A stretch of DNA of 64,000 nt from an uncultured Mycoplasmatota bacterium (GTDB lineage Bacteria; Bacillota_I; Bacilli_A; RF39; UBA660). Below the pieces are notes generated by a model. That model was not told where the DNA came from, ran no database searches, and saw only the letters and a list, made by a program, of their open reading frames with translations. Shown one piece after another: positions 48,578 through 59,750 of the stretch; within the stretch, counting starts at the first letter, position 1, and each line of letters begins with the position of its first letter. The position numbers and the translations under genes are program-made. The stretch spans positions 17,748 through 81,747 of the forward strand of contig CALEBF010000012.1 in assembly GCA_937944975.1 (NCBI GenBank), in the 5' to 3' direction.

Positions 48578-48822
48578 ATGTATATTATTAAAAACACATT
48601 GAAAAATGTTATTCGAAACAAAGGGAAAAGTATATGGTATCTTTGGAAAGAGTGGAGCTGGAAAGTCGACGTTGATGTCTCTGATCGCTGGTCTTGAAAA
48701 GCTAAGTATCGGAGCAACGAAGAAGCAAATTCGTCATCATTATTTCACACTCTACAAAAGTAAAACAAAAAGTAGATGAAATATATCATTTAAAAAATGG
48801 ACGATTAGCGCCTACTCACTAG
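48578..48822 (+). pseudogene. ABC transporter ATP-binding protein remnant (frameshifted/deleted)
   Basis: ATG 48578 gives MYIIKNTLKNVIRNKGKS. A second frame gives Walker A GIFGKSGAGKSTLMSLIAGL and then an early stop. A C-terminal fragment IYHLKNGRLA is also present. No intact ABC ORF exists. Confidence 0.55.
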
Positions 48823-48880
48823 GCGTTTTTCGTTGCGAGAACGTATTACTCGTGCTATAATACGCTTTATGGAGGCACAT

Positions 48881-49729
48881 ATGAGACCACAAGATTATAT
48901 ATACGAGAAGAAAAGACAAATTATAGATGTGTTTTGTACGTTGTATGGAGAAGAATACCTAGATTATTTTTCTCATATTTTTGATGAACTTGTATTTTTA
49001 TATCCACATATCAATCAGGAAGATTATGACTATATATGGAAACTATTTTATCGAAACGAGATGAATTACAACGCATTGCCACAAACGTTAATTTTAGAGA
49101 TGCTCGAAGCGAGTATAGGAAGTTTCCGACCGATTTTAATGAACGATGGCGGAGATTTAAAAATACGTAAACTTATCATTTGTGGTCTCGATCGTATCGA
49201 TCATCCAAATATGGACATCGTACTTTTACACGAATTAAAGCACGCGCTTACATATCATTACAAGCTCTATGTTCACGATCAAGAGTTGCTGAGTCTCTCT
49301 GAAAAGTGTGGAGTCAATATTGTGCACAAGAATTATTTTTATGGAAAGCAAAATGTAAAGTGGAATCGTTTTTCTCCTGTGAACGAGGTGTTGACACAAA
49401 AAGATGCGAGGCTTTGTGAACTAGAATTGATGCAATTTGGTGGGATTTTTCCAAAATGCAAGGTCGTGAGAAATGATAGAAAACCATGGTCAGATCGTTA
49501 CATTCCACTATTTCAAGAAGTTACAAACGAAGGATTTCAGATGTTACGAGATGCTGAAATGAAGGAGAAGATGGGAATATATACAGATCCTGTCAATGAA
49601 GTGTTTCTCACGAAATTATTTCAAGTGATGAAAGAATATAAGGAATCAATGGAAAAGGGAGATAAGACAATGGGAAGACAACTTTGTAAACGATTCGCAA
49701 CAGTTGTCGAGGAAGCTACAAAAAAGTAA
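48881..49729 (+). CDS. hypothetical protein with HExxH motif
   Basis: TATAAT at 48855 and GGAGG RBS, ATG at 48881. LLHELKHAL suggests a possible zincin-like metalloprotease. Confidence 0.4.
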   Translation: MRPQDYIYEKKRQIIDVFCTLYGEEYLDYFSHIFDELVFLYPHINQEDYDYIWKLFYRNEMNYNALPQTLILEMLEASIGSFRPILMNDGGDLKIRKLIICGLDRIDHPNMDIVLLHELKHALTYHYKLYVHDQELLSLSEKCGVNIVHKNYFYGKQNVKWNRFSPVNEVLTQKDARLCELELMQFGGIFPKCKVVRNDRKPWSDRYIPLFQEVTNEGFQMLRDAEMKEKMGIYTDPVNEVFLTKLFQVMKEYKESMEKGDKTMGRQLCKRFATVVEEATKK

Positions 49730-49856
49730 AAACTCGTATAAAAAGACTTGAAACTTCATAAATTTTCATGTATATTATAAATGTACTTATTCTTGGTTTA
49801 AGAAGTCTCCGACTTTTTCTCGGAATAAGCGTATAATATAAGAAAGGAGAACAGAC

Positions 49857-50126
49857 ATGGCTTTAAGTAAAGAAAAAAAGGCAGAGATCGTAAAGAAATT
49901 TGCGAAAGATGCAAAAGATACTGGATCTTCTGAAGTACAAATTGCTATTTTAACTGAAGAGATCAAAGAATTAACTGAACACTTAAAAGTACATAGTCAC
50001 GATTATCATTCTAGAAGAGGACTTTTAAAGAAAGTAGGACAAAGACGTAGTTTATTAAATTACTTATTCAAAACTGACGTTACTAGATATAGAAAAATCG
50101 TTAAAGACTTAGGTTTAAGAAAATAA
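49857..50126 (+). CDS. rpsO: 30S ribosomal protein S15
   Basis: 89 aa, matches S15 along its whole length. Confidence 0.9.
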   Translation: MALSKEKKAEIVKKFAKDAKDTGSSEVQIAILTEEIKELTEHLKVHSHDYHSRRGLLKKVGQRRSLLNYLFKTDVTRYRKIVKDLGLRK

Positions 50127-50181
50127 GGAAAAAAGTAGGCACTCGTTTTTGGGTGTCTTTATTTTTATAGATGGAGGATAT

Positions 50182-52407
50182 ATGAAGAAGATATTTGAAC
50201 TAGATTTTAGGGGTAGAAAATTAGTAGTAGAACATGGAGAATTAGCAAAACAAGCAAGCGGTGCGGTTCTCGTTCGTTACGGAGATACAGTTGTACTATC
50301 TACGGCAGTCGTGAGTAAAAAATCAAATGTACTTGCTGACTTTTTTCCGCTTATGGTACTTTATCAAGAAAAACTATACTCTGTTGGTAAAATTCCAGGA
50401 GGATTTATCAAAAGAGAAGGTAGACCAAGTGAAAATGCAACACTTGCAGCTCGTATGATCGATCGCCCTATGAGACCATTATTCCCAAGTGATTTTAAAA
50501 ACGAAGTACAAATCGTCAATACTGTGTTATCAGTAGATCAAGACAATTCACCAGAGATGGCTGCACTATTCGGTTCATCTTTAGCAACGTCTATTTCTGA
50601 AATTCCATTCGATGGACCAGTTGCTGCGGTTAAAGTAGGAAGAGTCAATGGAGAATTTGTCATCAATCCGACGACAGAACAAATAGAACTTAGCGATATC
50701 GATCTTACGGTAGCTGGAACGAAAGAAGCGATCAACATGGTCGAAGCTGGAGCGAAAGAAGTAAGTGAAGAAGACATGTTAGAAGCTTTGATGTTTGGAC
50801 ATGAAGCGATCAAAGAGTTAGTTGCTTTCCAAGAAAAGATCATCGCTGAGATCGGATTACCAAAGATGGAATATGAAGTTTTAGAAATTTCTGATGAAGT
50901 GAAAGAAAACGTCAAAAAATTAGCAACTGATCCTTTAAATAAAGCACTTCGCATTAAAGATAAATTAGAAAAATATAGAGCGATCGACGAAATCAAAGAA
51001 AAGATTGTAGAACAATATAAAGAAGAAAATAAAGACTTAGATGCTGAAGAATTAGAACATCTCATTACAGGTGTAAAATTAGTATTGGAAGAAATTGAAT
51101 ATGAGATCTTTAGACAAATCGTCGTAAAGGAAAAAACGAGAGCTGATGGAAGAAGTATGACGGAGATCCGCCCACTTTCTACGGATATCGACTTACTTCC
51201 ACGTACACATGGATCCGCACTTTTTACAAGAGGCCAAACACAAGCTTTAGGTGTTGTTACACTAGGAGCGTTGGGGGAACATCAAGTATTAGATGGACTT
51301 GGAATTGAAGATCAAAAACGATTCATGTTACATTATAACTTTCCTCAATTTAGCGTTGGAGAAACAGGACGTTATGGTGCTCCAGGAAGAAGAGAAATCG
51401 GGCATGGAGCCCTCGGAGAGAGAGCTTTATTACAAGTAATTCCATCAGAAGAAGAATTCCCATATACGATCCGTGTCGTAAGTGAAGTATTAGAAAGTAA
51501 TGGTTCTTCTTCTCAAGCAAGTATTTGTGCGGGATGTATGGCATTGATGGCAGCCGGAGTTCCAATCAAAGCACCAGTTGCAGGAATTGCGATGGGACTG
51601 ATTACTGATGGAGATGATTACACGATTTTAACTGATATCCAAGGAATGGAAGATCATCTTGGAGATATGGATTTCAAAGTAGCAGGAACGAGAGATGGAA
51701 TCTGTGCATTACAGATGGATATCAAGATCAAGGGGATTACAAAACAGATTTTAAAAGAAGCACTTGCACAGGCAAAACAAGCTCGTTTTGAAATTTTGGA
51801 TGTGATTACAAAGCAAATCGCAGAACCTAGAAAAGAAGTTAGTAAATATGCACCTAAGACGATGACATTTACAATCGATCCAAACAAGATCAAAGATGTA
51901 ATCGGAAAAGGTGGAGAGATGATTACGAAGATCATTTTAGAAGCAAGCCATGTAAACGCTGTTACTGATATCAATGCAGTCAAAGTAGACTTAGAAGATG
52001 ACGGACGCGTTATTATCTACCATACAGATCAAGACATTATCAATACGACAGCTGAGATGATTCAAAACATCGTAAGAGAAGTAGAAGTAGGAAAAGTATA
52101 CAATGGTAAAGTTGTCAAAGTAGAGGATTTCGGATGTTTTGTCGAATTATGGCCAGGATGTGAAGGACTTGTACACGTATCACAATTAGATACAGCACGT
52201 GTAGAAGATCCGAAAGAGTTTGTCAAAGTAGGAGATGAAATTCTAGTAAAATCTCTCGGTACCGATAAAAAGGGTAGACTAAACTTATCTAGAAAAGAAG
52301 TACTTGCTCCTGGAAGCAACGATAAGAAAAAAGAACAAGAAAAAACCGAGAAAAAGGAAAAGAAAAAAGTAGAGCAAGAAGAGAAGGAAATGGAAGAAAA
52401 TGAATAG
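50182..52407 (+). CDS. pnp: polynucleotide phosphorylase
   Basis: Two RNase PH domains plus KH and S1 domains. K/E-rich C-terminal tail. ATG at 50182 after GGAGGA. Confidence 0.9.
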   Translation: MKKIFELDFRGRKLVVEHGELAKQASGAVLVRYGDTVVLSTAVVSKKSNVLADFFPLMVLYQEKLYSVGKIPGGFIKREGRPSENATLAARMIDRPMRPLFPSDFKNEVQIVNTVLSVDQDNSPEMAALFGSSLATSISEIPFDGPVAAVKVGRVNGEFVINPTTEQIELSDIDLTVAGTKEAINMVEAGAKEVSEEDMLEALMFGHEAIKELVAFQEKIIAEIGLPKMEYEVLEISDEVKENVKKLATDPLNKALRIKDKLEKYRAIDEIKEKIVEQYKEENKDLDAEELEHLITGVKLVLEEIEYEIFRQIVVKEKTRADGRSMTEIRPLSTDIDLLPRTHGSALFTRGQTQALGVVTLGALGEHQVLDGLGIEDQKRFMLHYNFPQFSVGETGRYGAPGRREIGHGALGERALLQVIPSEEEFPYTIRVVSEVLESNGSSSQASICAGCMALMAAGVPIKAPVAGIAMGLITDGDDYTILTDIQGMEDHLGDMDFKVAGTRDGICALQMDIKIKGITKQILKEALAQAKQARFEILDVITKQIAEPRKEVSKYAPKTMTFTIDPNKIKDVIGKGGEMITKIILEASHVNAVTDINAVKVDLEDDGRVIIYHTDQDIINTTAEMIQNIVREVEVGKVYNGKVVKVEDFGCFVELWPGCEGLVHVSQLDTARVEDPKEFVKVGDEILVKSLGTDKKGRLNLSRKEVLAPGSNDKKKEQEKTEKKEKKKVEQEEKEMEENE

Positions 52408-52447
52408 TTTTCTTCTTTTTTTCGTGTATAATAAAGTTGGTGATAAA

Positions 52448-54085
52448 ATGAAGTACATCAAAAAGCATAAGGAAGTTATCTTGTTGGTTTTGATTTCTAG
52501 TTTAGTAATGATATGGGTAATGGGTGATACTCATTTACTAGGTCATGATACAAGGTTTCATCTAGCGAATATCGAAAATTTAAAGAATTCTATTTCATGG
52601 AACAATTTATTTCCTACAGATGCGATCGTATCCAACTTATCATTTGACATGGGTTATGGACTTTATCTTTTTTACCCGATCATGCCTCACTTACTCGTTG
52701 CATATCTAGCAAAGTTCTTAAGCTTCTTTACAGTCGATACTTATACATCGCTTTCTATTTTTTACATTTTCATAATGATTGCTAGTGTTCTACTCATCTA
52801 TCAACTATCGAAAAAACTTTCTAAGAACTGTCTCGTTGCTTTCTTCTCAGGTCTTATCTTTTTATTGATGCCATACCGCATTGGGACGATGGCGGTAAGA
52901 GGATCGTTAAATGAATCGATGATTTCGCTTTTTGTTCCAATGATACTGTTATCTATCTTAGCATGGAAGGAGAAAAATTGGAAAAACTTTTATCTTTTAT
53001 TCATCGTGGGTTGGATTGGTCTTCTTTGGTCACATATGACGATGGCTTTATATACAGTTATCTTCGTTTTACCGTTTTTGTATTACATGAAAGATGAGTT
53101 AAAGGATAAAATTGCTTTAAAACACGGTATTTTAGCGATTTTGGCAGTTACAGTAGTCGTAATACCTGGAATTGTTCAAACGTTCTCACAAAGCGGCTAT
53201 CTTGTCTTTTACGATGGATATATGACAAGATTATCTTTACTAGAAGAAAACTTTCTATCTTGGAAAGATTATCTATTTATGAATACTAACTACGATTGGA
53301 CAGTTCCATATTTTATCCCAATCGCATTGCTTCTTTCCTTAATCGTAAGTTTCTATACTTATCTAAAGCAGAAAAAGGATACTTATCTTACTATTCTATG
53401 GATATGGATACCAGTATTTATCTTGATGATGTCTTCTTTTTTCCCATGGGAGATATTGCCAAAATCTTTGTGGATGATTCAATTTCCATGGAGACTATTA
53501 GGACTACTTAGTATCGTGATTGCCTTATTAACTCCCCTTATGCTACAAAATAAGAAGTTAAATAAATTATTCTTGCTATTCTTTGTCGTTCTTTTCATTC
53601 AGATGATTCCTTTTTTACAAATGTTAAAAGATCGCCCATATCATATCGATAAGATCGATATCGATGATGGAAGAGGGAATATCGTCGAATATTATCCAGA
53701 AGAGTACCTCGAATATCCTAGTTTTTTTGAAATCGATGATCAGAGTATCAGCATAGTAGATGGAGATGCGGTCGTAGAGATATTATCCAATCGAACACAC
53801 GATCTAAAAATCAAAGTAAAAACAGACGATATCGTCACATTAGAACTACCTAAAATATATTATAATGGATACGTAATAGAAGATGAAAGTAATCATAAAG
53901 AGTACGTAGGTCGAAGTAAACATGGACGGATCGAAGTCACCATTAAAAAGAGTGGCACTTACCATATTTACTACCGCGATCTACCAATTGTAACCACTTT
54001 AAAAATAGTCCGAATCATCGCTTGTATCGGAATCGCTTTAGGTGTTATATCACATTATAAAAAGTTACTTTACGTAAAAAAATAG
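52448..54085 (+). CDS. polytopic membrane protein (possibly GT-C-like), unknown function
   Basis: TATAAT and GGTGA RBS lie inside the track ORF, so the ATG at 52448 is the start. About 12 TM segments plus a C-terminal soluble domain. Confidence 0.4.
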   Translation: MKYIKKHKEVILLVLISSLVMIWVMGDTHLLGHDTRFHLANIENLKNSISWNNLFPTDAIVSNLSFDMGYGLYLFYPIMPHLLVAYLAKFLSFFTVDTYTSLSIFYIFIMIASVLLIYQLSKKLSKNCLVAFFSGLIFLLMPYRIGTMAVRGSLNESMISLFVPMILLSILAWKEKNWKNFYLLFIVGWIGLLWSHMTMALYTVIFVLPFLYYMKDELKDKIALKHGILAILAVTVVVIPGIVQTFSQSGYLVFYDGYMTRLSLLEENFLSWKDYLFMNTNYDWTVPYFIPIALLLSLIVSFYTYLKQKKDTYLTILWIWIPVFILMMSSFFPWEILPKSLWMIQFPWRLLGLLSIVIALLTPLMLQNKKLNKLFLLFFVVLFIQMIPFLQMLKDRPYHIDKIDIDDGRGNIVEYYPEEYLEYPSFFEIDDQSISIVDGDAVVEILSNRTHDLKIKVKTDDIVTLELPKIYYNGYVIEDESNHKEYVGRSKHGRIEVTIKKSGTYHIYYRDLPIVTTLKIVRIIACIGIALGVISHYKKLLYVKK

Positions 54086-54153
54086 CAATCGATACTTTTA
54101 TAAGAAAGAGAAAAATGTTATACTGATATTAGAAATATATGGGGGTATATTTT

Positions 54154-55635
54154 ATGGATTATGATTTTAATAGTACAATCGATAATATTCGAAAGTTGAT
54201 GACACAAGCACTAGAACGATTCGAGGAAGAAGTTGCCGAGGCTTTATTAGATAATGAACGGTTTTATGCTTTTCGCGGTGAAGATGCTTTAAGTGATTTG
54301 GGAGTTCGTGTTCAAGGAATGGATTATTATTTACAAGAAAAATATTCTGACCTCGTACAGGTGCCTACGAAACAGAAATTACAAAGGGCACTAGGTGACC
54401 TTTTGGAAAAATTAGAAGAATTATATGTTACTATGGAAGGATTAGGAAATGAAAAGCAAGTAGAGAAATTTGAAAATTATCTAGTACAACTTCATCAAGC
54501 TTTTACAAGTGGTAAAATCATTCGCAATGATTTCAATAGCGACGAGTTTGAAGAATTACGATCGACTGTTGGAAATTTCTATTTAAATTCTATGCCATTT
54601 GACCCTATGGAACACGGATATCAAGAATTAACTAACACCTGTAGACAGGCGCAGAATAGATTCGAAGATCGAATGGATGAATTAAATCGTTCTTTGCAAA
54701 GATATATCGATCAAAAGTTAAATATAGAAATTACTGTATTCTTGGCAGAGAAAGAAGAGATGTTAGAAAGACAAGAAAAAGACAAAGAGGAAATAAAACA
54801 AGAAATTACTAGGGAACAACCCGAGGAGGTAATTGAACAGGATTTAAAAACAGAAGAACGAGAAAATACGAGTGATACCCCTGAAACTGAAAAAGTGGAA
54901 GAAACAAAGGGAAAGACTCCTGCTACTTCAACACCATCTGAAAAAACAGATGCGAAAACGATACAAACAGAAGAACAAGAAAAAGAAAACGATTTACCTG
55001 AAGTTTCTAATATAGAGGAACAAAATAAAAACGACGATGACATGCAGGCACAACAATTATTAGCGCAAGAAGAAAGGATAAGAGAGTTAGAGCAACTCAT
55101 CGCAAAACAAGAAGCAAGCATCGCAGAAAAGAATCAGAGAATCGTCGAACTTGAAGAACATAAAAATAAACTTAGTGAAACGATCGATCAAATTGAGCAG
55201 CAAATGACTACATTGCAAGGAAAAGTTGCAGAATTAACAACAAGAGAGGCAGAAAAAGATCAGGAAATAAAAAAATTAAAGGAAGAAAATTATCTTCTAC
55301 ATAGCCGTAATGATGCAAAAGATGAACTAATTACATCATTACGAGATGAAATTAAAAATATGCACCAAACACCCCCACAGAAGGAAGAGTTAACAAATGA
55401 AGAGGATTTAGAGCAAACTTATCAATTGTTACATTCGTTTACAGAAGAACAAAAACAAGAATTTTATAAGAGCTCTAAGTCCGAAGAAGCTTTAGAAGAA
55501 TTGGTGCACTTAAAATTAAACGGGACAGTCTCTCCATCTCATCAAGAATTATTAGATGAACTGATTCTTACATTGTTGGATGGGAGAAGTTCGGTTACTA
55601 TCGATAATGAGAAACTGAGTGAAGCTCATAGATAA
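54154..55635 (+). CDS. acidic coiled-coil protein, unknown function
   Basis: Long heptad-like E/K/Q-rich central region. Confidence 0.4.
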   Translation: MDYDFNSTIDNIRKLMTQALERFEEEVAEALLDNERFYAFRGEDALSDLGVRVQGMDYYLQEKYSDLVQVPTKQKLQRALGDLLEKLEELYVTMEGLGNEKQVEKFENYLVQLHQAFTSGKIIRNDFNSDEFEELRSTVGNFYLNSMPFDPMEHGYQELTNTCRQAQNRFEDRMDELNRSLQRYIDQKLNIEITVFLAEKEEMLERQEKDKEEIKQEITREQPEEVIEQDLKTEERENTSDTPETEKVEETKGKTPATSTPSEKTDAKTIQTEEQEKENDLPEVSNIEEQNKNDDDMQAQQLLAQEERIRELEQLIAKQEASIAEKNQRIVELEEHKNKLSETIDQIEQQMTTLQGKVAELTTREAEKDQEIKKLKEENYLLHSRNDAKDELITSLRDEIKNMHQTPPQKEELTNEEDLEQTYQLLHSFTEEQKQEFYKSSKSEEALEELVHLKLNGTVSPSHQELLDELILTLLDGRSSVTIDNEKLSEAHR

Positions 55636-55657
55636 GTATTAGAAGGGATGTATCACG

Positions 55658-56602
55658 ATGGTTTACGTATTGTATGGAACAGACTTATATCTACGCAAAA
55701 AAGAACTTGAAAAAATCATGAAAGAGCACCAGTTAGAATCGATTGATTGTAGTCGATATGATTTTTTGATAACACCTTTAAAAGACATTGTAGAAGATGC
55801 TTCTACAGTTTCTTTGTTTCATAGTGAAAAGATGATTTTAGTAGATAATGCGTATTTTCTTTCAGGCGCTACCAAAAAGGCAAGTGTAGAGCAAAATATC
55901 GACGATTTAAGTTTATATTTAGATCATCTAAATCCGGAGAGTCATTTAGTATTTATAGTCGATACCGATAAATTAGATGAGCGAAAGAAAATCGTCAAAA
56001 AGATAAAACAGGTGGGAGTGATCAAAGAGTGTTCACAACCCAAAGATATACAAAAGCTTATCTCTCTTATGGCTGGAGATTATCAAATAGATTATCAAGC
56101 TAAGCAACTATTGATAGAAAGGACAAAGGGGGATTTATTACTGTTGGAGCAAGAGCTTGAGAAACTAAAAATGTACCGTTATAACGAAAAAATAATTTCC
56201 CTAGAAGACGTAGAAAATTATACGACAAAAACAGTAGACATGGATATTTTTCACTTTATTGAAAATATCGTTGCAAACAAAAAAGAAGCTGCGCTTGCTA
56301 CCTACGATGAGATGCTGAAAAACAACGAAGAGCCGATTAAAATTATCATTATGCTGGCAAATCAATTTCGGCTTATTTTTCAAGCAAAAACACTATATAA
56401 AAAGGGGTATACAGAAAAAGATATCGCATCTACTCTTGGAATTCATCCATATCGGATTAAATTAGCACTTCAGAGTGGGCGTAATTTTCAATGTGATCAA
56501 TTGCTGATGTATTTAAAAAAATTAGCTTTATTAGATAGTAAAATAAAACATGGAGAAATCGAAAAAAAATTTGCTCTCGAACGATTTATTTTAGAATTAT
56601 AG
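55658..56602 (+). CDS. holA: DNA polymerase III subunit delta
   Basis: 314 aa, N-terminus VLYGTDLYLRKKELEKI and overall HolA-like pattern. Confidence 0.65.
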   Translation: MVYVLYGTDLYLRKKELEKIMKEHQLESIDCSRYDFLITPLKDIVEDASTVSLFHSEKMILVDNAYFLSGATKKASVEQNIDDLSLYLDHLNPESHLVFIVDTDKLDERKKIVKKIKQVGVIKECSQPKDIQKLISLMAGDYQIDYQAKQLLIERTKGDLLLLEQELEKLKMYRYNEKIISLEDVENYTTKTVDMDIFHFIENIVANKKEAALATYDEMLKNNEEPIKIIIMLANQFRLIFQAKTLYKKGYTEKDIASTLGIHPYRIKLALQSGRNFQCDQLLMYLKKLALLDSKIKHGEIEKKFALERFILEL

Positions 56603-56610
56603 GTGATTTT

Positions 56611-57219
56611 ATGAGAATTGGAATTGATATCGATGGAGTTATCAATAATGTCGATCAATTAAAGTTGGATTATCTTTATCAATTTTGCATTACGCGAGAT
56701 AAAAAAGTTAAAAATGCAAATGGCTTTATCATCTCGCGTATGGCAGATTTAAACGCAAGGGAAATTGAAGAATTTCAAGCGTACTATCGACCGCTATTAT
56801 TGCGCAATGCGAAGGCAAGACCATTCGCTTCTGAAATCATCGATAAATTGATGTTTGAGGGACATAAAATCATTCTTTTGACAAGCGAAAAAGGGTACGG
56901 AAGAAACCATACCCCGATTTATCAGTGGCTCATTAAAAACAATATTCATTATCATGAAATTGTCTTTACAAGAAGAAAACAATATGCCTGTCAAAGTTAT
57001 AAAATAGATTTAATGATCGATGATAATTATACTTTGTTTCAAAAGATACCACCTAATATTTGTTGCTTTTGTTATGAGACACGCTACAATCGCTTTTATT
57101 TTCAACGGAATGTGATTCATGTACACTCTTGGTATGACATCTACGATAAAATAACGAATTGGGATCAGACAATACTAGATTACGAACGTCGTAAAATTCG
57201 TAATAAAATTAGAAACTGA
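56611..57219 (+). CDS. HAD-superfamily 5'(3')-deoxyribonucleotidase-like protein
   Basis: DIDGV nucleophile motif at the N-terminus. C-terminal MIDDN. Confidence 0.55.
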   Translation: MRIGIDIDGVINNVDQLKLDYLYQFCITRDKKVKNANGFIISRMADLNAREIEEFQAYYRPLLLRNAKARPFASEIIDKLMFEGHKIILLTSEKGYGRNHTPIYQWLIKNNIHYHEIVFTRRKQYACQSYKIDLMIDDNYTLFQKIPPNICCFCYETRYNRFYFQRNVIHVHSWYDIYDKITNWDQTILDYERRKIRNKIRN

Positions 57220-57226
57220 CAGAATC

Positions 57227-58204
57227 TCACATTCTGTTTTTATTTGTGTATTTTTCTATCGCACAAGCAATAAGTTGTTGTTTCAATAAAACTTTACTTC
57301 CTTTTTTGAACGTAACTGACATAGTACCATCTAACGACTCTTCGACGGTTGATTTCATCGCTCCTTTGCATGGAGCTTTTAAACGGTTCTTCTTTCCTGG
57401 CTTTAATCGTATAGTTAAATCATAGTTTCCTTTCTGAAACTCTAGTATCATCACTTCATTTTGGCTTTTTCTATAAGATGTTAGTTTAGAATGATTATAA
57501 GTCGTAAATTTATACTGTTTACTTCCTAATTGTAGGACACATAAGAAACCTTGGAAAGATATTATGCCAAAAGGAATATCGGCGACTGCTAACATTACGC
57601 TGATTTTCTTAATATCTCTCGATTCTTTTTTTAATGTATTCGCCTGTGCCCATAGATAATTTTTAGGAAAACTAGTTCCGTAATCTTTTTCGCTATAACC
57701 ATATCCATCTTCGAAATCAATTTTTTTTCCTTGGTAAATAAAATGTCCATCGATGTAGTGATGCATACTTATAATTCCATGTGAACATTTCATTGGAAGA
57801 TATGAAAATGGTCCCATAATAGTAGGAGAGAAAAAAGTAGCATGATAAGGAGTAATTTCACTAAAAAATAAGTTGGTTTTCAAATGGATCTCGTCGTTTG
57901 ATATATTTAATATCAATTGATCTTTTGAAAAATAATTTCCATTTAACTCGATCGAAAACGGTTCTTCATGGAAACTAATTTCCTCGATAGGGTATTTACA
58001 ATAATAACTACGATGTGTTATATTTTCAGTCACTTGAATAAAAGCATGCGCATCCTCTGTACAAATTCCAACGATGATAGCAAAGCTGATTTTTTTATCT
58101 GCCGTTACTAACTTATAATACCATCCTTCAAAGTATTTCTTTTTTGTCGTACTTCCTTGTAAACATACTTGATCTTTCTTTTTCGTATTCTTCCCTCCAT
58201 TCAA
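57227..58204 (-). CDS. tocopherol-cyclase-like family protein
   Basis: FEGWYYK N-terminal signature resembling the tocopherol cyclase family. Confidence 0.35.
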   Translation of the reverse strand: MNGGKNTKKKDQVCLQGSTTKKKYFEGWYYKLVTADKKISFAIIVGICTEDAHAFIQVTENITHRSYYCKYPIEEISFHEEPFSIELNGNYFSKDQLILNISNDEIHLKTNLFFSEITPYHATFFSPTIMGPFSYLPMKCSHGIISMHHYIDGHFIYQGKKIDFEDGYGYSEKDYGTSFPKNYLWAQANTLKKESRDIKKISVMLAVADIPFGIISFQGFLCVLQLGSKQYKFTTYNHSKLTSYRKSQNEVMILEFQKGNYDLTIRLKPGKKNRLKAPCKGAMKSTVEESLDGTMSVTFKKGSKVLLKQQLIACAIEKYTNKNRM

Positions 58205-58273
58205 AATAATCTATGATTCAAAAAATAATTTAGAACAAAATGGTCATACTACTATTAGAAAGAAAGGTGATTT

Positions 58274-58705
58274 ATGAAAGAGACAATAACTTTATTAAAT
58301 CATATTTATCAGATGTGTGAACTGATTTTAACTAAGTTTGAACCTATTTTAAAAGAAGTGGAAGATGTCGAATTTAAATCCGAAGTAAAAAGAGAAAAAG
58401 CATTATTTGAAGAGATTAAATATTTAGCTGATGGTCTACTTGCTTCATTAAAAGAAGAAGAGAAGGTGCCGGGGAAAATACATAAATTTAGTTCTTATTT
58501 ATCGACTAAATTAAGTACACTCACGAATAATGAACCTAGGCATATTTCAAATGTAATGTTAGAAGGAGAAAGAGAATATCAAAAAGACATCCAAGAAAAA
58601 ATACACGCTTGTCCAAAAGCGGATGTATCCGTAATTGAACTTGCTACAAGATTGAATCATACTTTAGAAGAAAATATACAGGTGTTAAAAAAATGGACAA
58701 AATAA
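58274..58705 (+). CDS. hypothetical protein
   Basis: 143 aa ORF with its own terminator at 58706-58729. Confidence 0.4.
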   Translation: MKETITLLNHIYQMCELILTKFEPILKEVEDVEFKSEVKREKALFEEIKYLADGLLASLKEEEKVPGKIHKFSSYLSTKLSTLTNNEPRHISNVMLEGEREYQKDIQEKIHACPKADVSVIELATRLNHTLEENIQVLKKWTK

Positions 58706-58757
58706 AACGAGAAAGATCTCGTTTTTTATTGTTTTTAGTATAAATACAGAGGCCTAG

Positions 58758-59750
58758 TTAAATCAGTTTCGCGGGCTTTTCTATTTTTTTGCAGAGATAT
58801 TCTGCAAGTCTTTCCGATCTTTCATTTTCGTGAATAATTGAATATAATATGCGCACTATAGAGTGTTCGAATGATAAGTGTTGATTGTTTAATAAAAGAA
58901 TGCCATTTTTTCCTTCGATTGTATTTTTAGATTCATATTCAGCAATGATATCTTTTGGCTGTTTTGAACCAATCAATACGCCGTATTGATAATTCCTACT
59001 ATGTGAACTAGATAAAGTTAAAAACATATCTCCAATTCCAGCACTTGTAAAAATAGTTTCTTTTTGACATCCACATTTTTCTAACATATATTTTACTATA
59101 CAAACTGCTTGTTGAAAGTAAAATGCTTTTGTAGATTCTGTCATCCCCAGTCCGTGCAATATGCCTGATCCGATCGCTAAAACATTTTTTAAAATACCGC
59201 ATAATTCTACACCTTTCAGGTCACTGGTTCCTTCGATTGAAAGTGATGAGGTTTCCAAAACTTCTTTAACCAAATCTACTACGATATCGTCGTTTGTCGC
59301 TAAAGTAAGTTCAACTGGCATATTTTGTATGATGTCTGTTGCAAATGATGGACCAGCGAGTACGCCATAATTGGAAATTTTTAATCCACCAGCAAATGCT
59401 TCATGCATCCATAATTTATTCCCGGGAAAAACCCCTTTAGATCCGATGATTACAATTTGATAAGATAGAACCAATCCCTTTAAATTTGTCAACAATTCTG
59501 CTAAATACGGGGTTGGCGTTGCTATGATAATTATATTTGCATCTTGTACTGCTGACGCTAAATCATTGCTGAATTTGAGGGCTTTGGGAAGTGCGACATT
59601 TTCTAGATATGGACTCTGATACGTTTCTACTAATTTCTCATATTCCTCTTTGATCGGAGTATATAAAGTAACGTCCTTTTGATTTTGAATTGCTCTATAG
59701 CCAAGCGATAACCCGTAAGCTCCTGTGCCTAAAATTGTAATTTTCATCAT
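58758..59750 (-). CDS. gpsA: NAD(P)H-dependent glycerol-3-phosphate dehydrogenase
   Basis: ILGTGAYG Rossmann motif and GpsA architecture. Confidence 0.85.
   Translation of the reverse strand: MMKITILGTGAYGLSLGYRAIQNQKDVTLYTPIKEEYEKLVETYQSPYLENVALPKALKFSNDLASAVQDANIIIIATPTPYLAELLTNLKGLVLSYQIVIIGSKGVFPGNKLWMHEAFAGGLKISNYGVLAGPSFATDIIQNMPVELTLATNDDIVVDLVKEVLETSSLSIEGTSDLKGVELCGILKNVLAIGSGILHGLGMTESTKAFYFQQAVCIVKYMLEKCGCQKETIFTSAGIGDMFLTLSSSHSRNYQYGVLIGSKQPKDIIAEYESKNTIEGKNGILLLNNQHLSFEHSIVRILYSIIHENERSERLAEYLCKKIEKPAKLI

Noticed and set aside
50127-50181. rpsO-pnp intergenic hairpin
   Set aside because: Only an imperfect stem (GGCACTCG...GGGTGTC) is visible. This is probably the known RNase III / attenuator region, but it cannot be delineated confidently by eye.
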